From Clostridiales bacterium (GTDB lineage: Bacteria; Bacillota; Clostridia; Saccharofermentanales; Saccharofermentanaceae): a stretch of DNA of 64,000 nucleotides. The position numbers were made by a program, and so were the translations under genes. The notes under the pieces are model-generated. The model saw only the letters and a list, made by a program, of their open reading frames with translations, searched no databases and was not told the DNA's origin. This document shows, piece after piece, positions 56,716 through 64,000 of this stretch. The stretch covers positions 21,136 to 85,135 of the forward strand of contig JAFWQF010000080.1 of the NCBI GenBank assembly GCA_017509205.1. Direction: 5' to 3'. How positions within the stretch are numbered: the stretch's first letter is position 1; every line of letters starts with the position of its first letter.

Positions 56716-58059
56716 ATGATAAAGAAAGTCCTGATAGCCAACAGGGGCGAGATTGCGGTCCGCATCATCAGAGCGTGCCGCGAGATGGGCATCGAGACAG
56801 TCGCGGTATGTTCCGAGGCTGACAGAAATGCCCTTCATGCAATGCTTGCGGATCAGACGATCTGCATCGGTCCCGCACCTTCATCAGAGAGCTATCTGAA
56901 TATCGGCCGCATCATAAGCGCCACGATGACATCGGGCGCTGACGCAATACATCCGGGCTTCGGATTCCTTTCCGAGGACTCAAGGTTCGCAAGGATCTGC
57001 GAGCGCTGCAACATCACGTTCATCGGTCCCTCTTCTGAAATGATTGCAGCTTCGGGCAACAAGGCCCAGGCAAAGAAGACCATGATCGACGCAGGCGTTC
57101 CTACGATTCCCGGAAGCGCTGAAGCAGCACAGACAGTCGAAGACGGATTGAGGCTCGCGGACATCGCGACATATCCCGTCATGATCAAGGCAGCTTTGGG
57201 CGGCGGCGGAAAAGGCATGCGTGTCGCAAGGTCGAAAGACGTTTTCACGCAGGCTTTCCAGACCGCGCAGCAGGAGGCGAAGAATGCCTTCGGCGACGGC
57301 TCTATGTATATCGAGCACTACGTCGAACACCCCAAGCACATCGAGGTTCAGATCCTCGCTGACAAGTTCGGCAACGTCGTTCACTTGGGCGAGCGTGACT
57401 GCTCGATCCAGAGAAACCACCAGAAGCTTGTTGAGGAAACACCCTGCGAATCCCTTTCAGAAGAGAAGCGCAAGGCTATCTGCGAAGCTGCAGTTAAGGC
57501 TGCAAAGGCAGTAAATTACGAGAACGCGGGAACCGTTGAGTTTCTCCTGGAGCCCTCCGGAAATTTCTATTTCATGGAGATGAACACGAGGATCCAGGTA
57601 GAGCACCCGATCACCGAATGGGTAACGGGAATCGACCTCATCAAAGAGCAGATAAAGATCGCATCAGGCGAGCCTTTAGGCTTCACGCAGGATGACGTTA
57701 AGATCAAGGGCCACTCCATCGAAGTGCGCATCAATGCCGAAGACGCAGAGCACAAGTTCAGACCGTGCCCCGGCAAGATCGAGCTTGCATACCTTCCGGG
57801 CGGTCAGGGAGTCAGGATCGATTCCGCGGTCTACAGCGGCCTTGAGATCCCTCCGTTCTACGATTCAATGCTCGCAAAGCTCTCAGTATGGGCACCCACA
57901 CGTGAAGAGGCCATCAAGAAGGCACAGTCGGCTTTGGGCGAAGTGATCCTGACAGGCATCAAGACCAACATCGACTATCAGTACGGGATCATCACGAGCC
58001 CCGAATTTATTGCCGGAAACACGGACATTGACTTCATCGAAAAGTTCTCTAGAAAATAA
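56716..58059 (+). CDS. accC: Biotin carboxylase
   Basis: ANRGEIA, GGGGKGMR, RDCSIQR, EMNTRIQVEH. Confidence 0.96.
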   Translation: MIKKVLIANRGEIAVRIIRACREMGIETVAVCSEADRNALHAMLADQTICIGPAPSSESYLNIGRIISATMTSGADAIHPGFGFLSEDSRFARICERCNITFIGPSSEMIAASGNKAQAKKTMIDAGVPTIPGSAEAAQTVEDGLRLADIATYPVMIKAALGGGGKGMRVARSKDVFTQAFQTAQQEAKNAFGDGSMYIEHYVEHPKHIEVQILADKFGNVVHLGERDCSIQRNHQKLVEETPCESLSEEKRKAICEAAVKAAKAVNYENAGTVEFLLEPSGNFYFMEMNTRIQVEHPITEWVTGIDLIKEQIKIASGEPLGFTQDDVKIKGHSIEVRINAEDAEHKFRPCPGKIELAYLPGGQGVRIDSAVYSGLEIPPFYDSMLAKLSVWAPTREEAIKKAQSALGEVILTGIKTNIDYQYGIITSPEFIAGNTDIDFIEKFSRK

Positions 58060-58077
58060 CACCGGGGTAACTCAGGT

Positions 58078-59772
58078 ATGGAATTAAGATATTTATTCAA
58101 GAAGACGCAGTCTGCCTCGGGTCCTGAAACCCCGAGAAATGAGGAAAACGCTCCCCAGACACCGCAGGGCCTTTTTCACAAGTGCGCCAAATGCGGTGAG
58201 ACGATCTTCTCCGAAGAACTCAAAAGAAACCTTTTCGTATGCCCGCAGTGCGGCGGTTATTTCCGCATGTATGCAGGAACGAGGATAGACAACATCCTTG
58301 ATGACGGTTCGTTCGAGGAATGGGACAGCGACATCAAAGAACTTAATCCTTTGGGTACTCCCGGTTACGAAGACAAGCTAGAAAGACTCCGCGACAAGAC
58401 ATCACTCGATGAGGCTGTCGTAACGGGAAAGGGCCTCGTAAACGGCCATCCCGCATGCCTCGGCGTAATGGACTGCCGCTTCATGATGGCTTCCATGGGA
58501 AGCGTCGTAGGCGAGAAGATCACCAGGATGTTCGAGCGCGCAACCGAAGAAAAGCTGCCCGTCATCATCTTCACCGCATCGGGCGGAGCGAGGATGCAGG
58601 AAGGCATCGTGTCACTCATGCAGATGGCCAAGACGTCAGCTGCGATCAAGAAGCATTCCGATGCGGGACTTCTTTATGTTACGGTCCTGACAGATCCCAC
58701 CACGGGCGGCGTTACCGCGAGCTTTGCGATGCTCGGCGACATCATCCTTGCAGAACCCGGTGCTCTCATCGGTTTCGCAGGCCCCAGGGTCATCGAGCAG
58801 ACAATAGGACAGAAGCTCCCTGAGGGTTTCCAGCGTTCAGAATTCCTGTTAGAGCACGGCTTTGTTGACGACATAGTCACAAGGACCGACATGAAGGATT
58901 ATCTTACTGACATTTTGAAGTTCCACGAGAACAAGGGTGCCTTCAAGGCTGAAAAGAGCGAAAAGATCAAGCTCCCGAAGTCTTCAGGAAAGCTTACCCC
59001 CTGGGACAAGGTCATGATCTCAAGAGGCAAGGACAGACCCGTTGCCGAAGACTACATCAGAGAGCTTTTCCCTGATTTCACCGAATTCCACGGCGACAGG
59101 TTCGTGAAGGACGACAAGGCCGTAATGGGCGGCATCGCCACATTCGCGGGCAGGGCTGTCACGGTCATCGCCGAGTCAAAAGGCCACGATACAAAAGAGA
59201 ACATCGAGCGCAATTTCGGCATGCCGTCACCTGACGGTTACCGCAAGGCGCTGCGTCTCATGAAGCAGGCCGAGAAGTTCGGCCGCCCAGTCATCTGCTT
59301 TGTTGACACTCCGGGCGCATACTGCGGACTCGAGGCAGAGGAAAGAGGTCAGGGCGAGGCGATCGCGAGAAACCTTTACGAGATGAGTTCTCTCAAGGTT
59401 CCCGTTCTTTCGATCATAATCAGCGAGGCAGGCTCAGGCGGAGCACTGGCAGTCGCGGTATCAGACGAGGTCTGGATGCTCGAGAACGCGATCTACGCGA
59501 TCCTTTCACCCGAAGGCTACGCAAGCATCCTCTGGAAGGATTCCAAGCGTGCTTCGGAGGCTGCCGCCGAGATGAAGCTGACCGCAAAGGACATGAAGGA
59601 TAACCGCATTATCGAAAAGATCATTGCGGAGCCCGAGAATCTTTGCAAAGATAATATAGATGTCGTTGTTGCACAGCTCCGGGACGGAATATCCGGTTTC
59701 ATCGGAAGCAACATCGACTTTGACGGAGAGGAACTCACGAAAAAGAGGTACGACAGATACCGGAGTTACTGA
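58078..59772 (+). CDS. accDA: Fused acetyl-CoA carboxyltransferase beta-alpha (AccD-AccA)
   Basis: Zinc finger CAKC...CPQC, SGGARMQEG, GFAGPRVIEQT, then FVDTPGAYCG, GSGGALA. Confidence 0.93.
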   Translation: MELRYLFKKTQSASGPETPRNEENAPQTPQGLFHKCAKCGETIFSEELKRNLFVCPQCGGYFRMYAGTRIDNILDDGSFEEWDSDIKELNPLGTPGYEDKLERLRDKTSLDEAVVTGKGLVNGHPACLGVMDCRFMMASMGSVVGEKITRMFERATEEKLPVIIFTASGGARMQEGIVSLMQMAKTSAAIKKHSDAGLLYVTVLTDPTTGGVTASFAMLGDIILAEPGALIGFAGPRVIEQTIGQKLPEGFQRSEFLLEHGFVDDIVTRTDMKDYLTDILKFHENKGAFKAEKSEKIKLPKSSGKLTPWDKVMISRGKDRPVAEDYIRELFPDFTEFHGDRFVKDDKAVMGGIATFAGRAVTVIAESKGHDTKENIERNFGMPSPDGYRKALRLMKQAEKFGRPVICFVDTPGAYCGLEAEERGQGEAIARNLYEMSSLKVPVLSIIISEAGSGGALAVAVSDEVWMLENAIYAILSPEGYASILWKDSKRASEAAAEMKLTAKDMKDNRIIEKIIAEPENLCKDNIDVVVAQLRDGISGFIGSNIDFDGEELTKKRYDRYRSY

Positions 59773-62072
59773 TGGATATTGACCTTGCACTCAAAAAGAT
59801 GCCGCTCGAAGATAAGGCAGGACTGCTCTGCGGACGGTCGCCGTTTTCGATAGGAGGCATTGAGTGCGAAGGGGTAACCATCCCGGTCCTTTATATCCAG
59901 GACGGCGGAACGGGCATCAATTTCGAGCAGCTCTTCCAGGACCGTCAGAACGGTGAAGCCGAAGGCTTTTCGGCAGAAGAGATCCGCCGCGTCATTACGC
60001 TTTTCCACCATGAAACCGAACTTTCGGTTCACGAAAAGGAACTGAGGGAGAAGATCTCCCAAAGACTCACTGAGATCAAAGGCAATATCTCATCCGCGCC
60101 CGGCTGTTATCCGCCGGGTATTCTGCTTGGCGCCACGTGGGATGCGAAGACCGTGCATGAGACCGCTCTTGCCCTGGGCATGGAAGCTCAGGCCTATAAG
60201 ATCGGCGTGCTTTTGGGCACTCCCAACTGCAATCTCTTGAGAGACCCCAGGAACGGAAGGTTCTTCGAAGGATATTCCGAGGACCCGCTCCTTGCCAAAA
60301 CGCTCGCTCCCGAAATGTGCAGAGGCGTTGAGGAATCAGGCGTTGCCTCGAATGCCAAGCATTTCGCATGCAACAATCTTGAGATCAACCGCGTCGGCAT
60401 AGATGAGAAGATACCTGAAAGAGCAATAGAAGAACTCTATCTGCCCGCTTTTAGAGAGTGCGCGAAAGTCTCATCAGTCTTCATGTCGGCATATGTTTCC
60501 ATCAACGGCACAAAATGCACGGAGAACAAATGGCTCTTAACGGATGTTCTTCGCACCCGCTGGGGTTTTAAAGGCACCGTCGTCACTGACTGGGCGGCAT
60601 GCACCGGAAGAGCAGGCGACTCGCTTGCGGCAGGAAACGACCTTTTCATGCCGGGTCCATGGGATCATGCGGATATCGTTGCCGCGGTAAAGGGCGGACG
60701 CGTATCTGAAGAAAGGCTCAACGAGGCCTGCCGAAGAGTGCTTGAACTCATAGACCGCCATGCCGGAATAGTACTTCCCGAAGGATTTACCGATGAGGAG
60801 TATGTCTCCAAAGGCCGGAAGGCTGCATACGATGCGGCCGTTGAAGGCATCGTGATGCTGATAAACAAAGACAGTGCATTCCCTCTTAAAGAAGGCGGCG
60901 ATACCGTCTTCTTCGGAAAAGCGCAGGGAAGATTCAGGGATTACGGCACGGGAAGCGCGCAGGTATTTACCGACAGAACCACCGTCCTGCCTGATGAATT
61001 AAGGCGCATTCCGGGGTTTGAGAATGTACTTTTCGATGACATTGAAGCGTTCAGAAAAGGCGGGACTGCGATCGTCATTGAGACGGTCGAGTCGAGCGAA
61101 GGAGCGGACAGAACGGATCTTGGGCTTTCAGAAGAGACCCGCCTGATCCTGGACAGGCTTCTAGTGGACCGCGGAAACGGCAGGATCTGCCTGATCCTCA
61201 ATACTCCCGGCCCTGTCATTCTCGGTGAATACAAGGAAAAACTCGACGGCCTCTTTGCCGTGTTCTATCCGGGCATGGAGGGCGGACGCGCGATGGCTGA
61301 CATCCTGACAGGAACAGTCAGTCCTTCAGGGCATCTGCCTGTGACCTTCCCGGAAAGAACGGAAGACATCCCGTCATACCTCTGCTATCCCGACAGCTTC
61401 AGCTGCGTTTACGGCGAGGGCATCTATGCGGGCTACAGAGGCTATCAGAAGAGAAAGATCAGGCCGGCTTTCCCGTTCGGATACGGTCTGACATACACGG
61501 TTTTCGAAATTACGGGCATGACCTCGAAAGTCAATGACGGTAAGGTATGTAACACTGTTACCGTCAGAAATTCAGGCAAAAGAGCGGGCAAAGTGACGCT
61601 CCAGATCTATTCCCGCAAGGTGTGCCCTGACGTGCCCCGTCCGGAGAATGAACTTCGCGCGTTCGGAAAGTATTTCCTGGAAGCGGGGGAGAGCAAAACA
61701 GTCGAGATTCCCTTTGACAGCAGTGAACTCAGCTATTACGATGCCGACCGCGGCTCGTTCCTGCTCGAGGAAGGCGCTTATGAGATCAGGTGCGGCTTTG
61801 ACTGTGAGGATCTGCCTGTTTCTTCGGTAATAAGGATAGACGACGGTTCACCGGAGCTTAAATGCGGTGTTTCCTGGCCCTGTGGCAGGATAGCAGTGCA
61901 TCCTGAACTTGAAGCTGCCCTAAAAAAAGATGCCGAAGCTAATGGAGACGACTGGGGACTCTATCTTTCGGACTGCATTTACATGCCTTTCAAGCCTGTC
62001 AGGGACATTTTCCCGGATGCCGGATCTTATGAGGGATTCATTTCGGCATGCCGTGATTTTCGCCACCAGTAA
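59772..62072 (+). CDS. Glycoside hydrolase family 3 (beta-glucosidase-like) with Fn3-like C-terminus
   Basis: GRFFEGYSEDP, KHFACN, VVTDW, PFGYGLTY; no signal peptide seen. Confidence 0.9.
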   Translation: MDIDLALKKMPLEDKAGLLCGRSPFSIGGIECEGVTIPVLYIQDGGTGINFEQLFQDRQNGEAEGFSAEEIRRVITLFHHETELSVHEKELREKISQRLTEIKGNISSAPGCYPPGILLGATWDAKTVHETALALGMEAQAYKIGVLLGTPNCNLLRDPRNGRFFEGYSEDPLLAKTLAPEMCRGVEESGVASNAKHFACNNLEINRVGIDEKIPERAIEELYLPAFRECAKVSSVFMSAYVSINGTKCTENKWLLTDVLRTRWGFKGTVVTDWAACTGRAGDSLAAGNDLFMPGPWDHADIVAAVKGGRVSEERLNEACRRVLELIDRHAGIVLPEGFTDEEYVSKGRKAAYDAAVEGIVMLINKDSAFPLKEGGDTVFFGKAQGRFRDYGTGSAQVFTDRTTVLPDELRRIPGFENVLFDDIEAFRKGGTAIVIETVESSEGADRTDLGLSEETRLILDRLLVDRGNGRICLILNTPGPVILGEYKEKLDGLFAVFYPGMEGGRAMADILTGTVSPSGHLPVTFPERTEDIPSYLCYPDSFSCVYGEGIYAGYRGYQKRKIRPAFPFGYGLTYTVFEITGMTSKVNDGKVCNTVTVRNSGKRAGKVTLQIYSRKVCPDVPRPENELRAFGKYFLEAGESKTVEIPFDSSELSYYDADRGSFLLEEGAYEIRCGFDCEDLPVSSVIRIDDGSPELKCGVSWPCGRIAVHPELEAALKKDAEANGDDWGLYLSDCIYMPFKPVRDIFPDAGSYEGFISACRDFRHQ

Positions 62073-62144
62073 ACAAAATAATGCGAAATTCCTTTTTGTA
62101 GTGTATATTATATTATTGCAAAATTCTCGAAAGGATCGTTTCTG

Positions 62145-63251
62145 ATGAGCCAATATGACTTCCTGATCGTCGGCGCAGGCCTTTACGGCGCTTCTTTTGC
62201 GCGTCTTGCGACAGACGGCGGGTATAAGTGCCTTGTCATTGACAGGCGCGCACAGGTAGCCGGCAACGTCTATACGGAAAACGTCGGCGGCATCAACGTC
62301 CACAAATACGGCGCACACATCTTTCACACGAGCGACAGGGAAGTTTGGGACTTCGCGAACAGATTCGCCGAATTCAACCGTTACACAAACACGGTAGTGG
62401 CTAATTACAAGGGCGAGATCTACTCCATGCCCTTCAACATGTATACGTTCAACAAGATGTGGGGTGTCATCACTCCCGAAGAGGCAAGGAAGAAGCTCGA
62501 TGAGCAGATTGCTTCCGTAAAGATCGATGAGCCCAAGAACCTTGAAGAGCAGGCTCTCTCACTGATCGGCCCCGACATCTACACAAAACTCATCAAGGGC
62601 TATACCGAGAAGCAGTGGGGAAGGAAAGCAACTGAGCTCCCTGCCTTCATCATCAAGAGACTTCCGGTAAGGCTCACATACAACAACAACTATTTCAACG
62701 ACAGCTTCCAGGGAATCCCCGTCGGAGGCTATACCAAGTGGATCGAGAACATGCTCGAAGGCATTGAGGTCAGGACCGGCGTTGATTTCCTCGAAAACAG
62801 GGAAGAGCTCTCTGCTCTGGCAGATAAGATCATCTATTCCGGCATGATCGACGAGTACTACGGATACAGCCTGGGAACACTCGAATACAGGAGCCTCAGG
62901 TTTGAGACCGAGTACATGCCTGACGTTGACGATTATCAGGGCAATGCCGTCGTCAACTACACTGATGCCGAGACACCTTACACGAGGATCATCGAGCACA
63001 AGCATTTCGAATTCGGAACCGGAAAGGGAACCGCGGTCACACGCGAGTATCCGGCTGAGTGGAAGAAGGGTGACGAGCCATACTACCCGCTCAACAACGA
63101 CAGGAACAACGACCTTTACCGCAAGTATCAGGAACTCGCATCGAAAGATGAGAAGGTCTGGTTCGGCGGAAGGCTCGGAAAATACAAGTACTACGACATG
63201 GACGACACCATCGCCGATGCCGCAGCCGACTATAAAAAGATCACGGAGTAA
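62145..63251 (+). CDS. glf: UDP-galactopyranose mutase
   Basis: IVGAGLYG, HKYGAHIFHT, EPYYP, GRLGKYKYYDMD. Confidence 0.96.
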   Translation: MSQYDFLIVGAGLYGASFARLATDGGYKCLVIDRRAQVAGNVYTENVGGINVHKYGAHIFHTSDREVWDFANRFAEFNRYTNTVVANYKGEIYSMPFNMYTFNKMWGVITPEEARKKLDEQIASVKIDEPKNLEEQALSLIGPDIYTKLIKGYTEKQWGRKATELPAFIIKRLPVRLTYNNNYFNDSFQGIPVGGYTKWIENMLEGIEVRTGVDFLENREELSALADKIIYSGMIDEYYGYSLGTLEYRSLRFETEYMPDVDDYQGNAVVNYTDAETPYTRIIEHKHFEFGTGKGTAVTREYPAEWKKGDEPYYPLNNDRNNDLYRKYQELASKDEKVWFGGRLGKYKYYDMDDTIADAAADYKKITE

Positions 63252-63255
63252 AAGA

Positions 63256-64000
63256 ATGAAGGCATTTAAGAAACTTGTTATAGGAATCGTTGCAGCGGCA
63301 GTAATGATGTCCTCAACCGTTACGGCATTAGCTGACGAGACGACAGCTGCTTCACAGCCCGACGGCACAACGGCTGCCACGACAGGTGAGTCGACCACGT
63401 CAACATTCGACATTTCAAAGCTTAGCTTTGACACCATGTACGGCAATCAGGTCATCGATTACCTCAATCACCAGTATGAATACAACGGAGAGAAGATCCC
63501 GCTTACGGAATCCAACTACTATTTCCTCCTTACATTCCTGCAGCTCAGCCAGTATGCGGCTTACGGCTACTATCCGGCAACAAGCGCAGGCTACCTCGAT
63601 CTCGCTGCAACATACGGCGAAGGCGAAGAGAAGAAGACATACGGCGATTATTTCGTAGAGCAGGCTGAGGATTATCTCCACAGCACATACATCTTCGTAG
63701 AGCGCGCAAAGGCCGCAGGCATGAAGCTTACCGACGAAGACAAGAAGTCCATCGAAGATGAGATCAAAGAGAGAACAGAGCAGCAGGCTAAGCCCGCAGG
63801 CGTTTCACTCGAAGTCATCCTCCAGCTCTATTTCGGCCCCGGATTCACCGAACAGGCTTACCGTTCCCTCCTTGAGAACGCTACACTCGCAGGCAAGTAT
63901 CAGGAGAAGTACGTAAAGGATTACAAGATCCCTGAAGACAAGCTCATGGTACCCAACATCAGATATGCTCTCTTCTATGCACCCGGTGCAACTGCAACCG
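63256..64000 (+). CDS. Secreted SurA/PrsA-like foldase, 3' truncated
   Basis: Frame open to the window end (not in the ORF track); signal peptide MKAFKK...ALA; RAKAAGMKLTDED helical chaperone pattern. PPIase domain not visible. Confidence 0.55.
   Translation, partial: MKAFKKLVIGIVAAAVMMSSTVTALADETTAASQPDGTTAATTGESTTSTFDISKLSFDTMYGNQVIDYLNHQYEYNGEKIPLTESNYYFLLTFLQLSQYAAYGYYPATSAGYLDLAATYGEGEEKKTYGDYFVEQAEDYLHSTYIFVERAKAAGMKLTDEDKKSIEDEIKERTEQQAKPAGVSLEVILQLYFGPGFTEQAYRSLLENATLAGKYQEKYVKDYKIPEDKLMVPNIRYALFYAPGATAT

Noticed and set aside
58078-59772. accD-accA fusion as a novelty
   Set aside because: Fused carboxyltransferases are already known in Clostridia and other bacteria.
62559-63446. 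295-aa antisense ORF over glf and the last gene
   Set aside because: Shadow of two well-supported plus-strand genes; no recognisable motifs.
1-64000. Mobile elements, prophage, tRNA or rRNA
   Set aside because: No transposase, integrase or phage motifs, no IS-like terminal repeats, no cloverleaf or rRNA-like sequence, and no intergenic gap longer than about 290 bp.

Overview
Chromosomal window (about 50% GC by eye) from an anaerobic Firmicute. Gene content and RBS/promoter style suggest Clostridia, possibly a gut/rumen lineage (inference). I found no rRNA, tRNA, transposase, integrase or CRISPR array. Contents in order: the 3' end of a phosphonate operon (HEP-dehydrogenase-like ADH, phosphonopyruvate decarboxylase, TagF-like transferase, DedA/VTT protein); four GGDEF/EAL genes spread across the window; an ECF sigma/anti-sigma pair; a lipoprotein serpin; three-gene pntAB; a MacB-like ABC fusion; an orphan ZnuA-like protein behind a Fur/Zur-type box; ttdAB; an FMN riboswitch with ribU; a two-gene SufC/SufB-like pair; a four-gene ACP / fused KS-CLF / KR / flavoprotein cluster directly upstream of the housekeeping fab/acc operon; a GH3; glf; and a truncated PrsA/SurA-like gene. 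Most notable: (1) an identically spaced motif TGCAACA-N15-CTGTAT-WWAG about 30-40 bp upstream of the ECF sigma gene, the serpin and a DUF4349 lipoprotein, suggesting an ECF regulon centred on a protease inhibitor; (2) a minimal type II PKS/FAS-like cluster with a single-chain KS-CLF; (3) a covarying hairpin repeat family with a fixed 72-bp period at three intergenic loci. All family assignments come from motif recognition by eye; no database searches were run.
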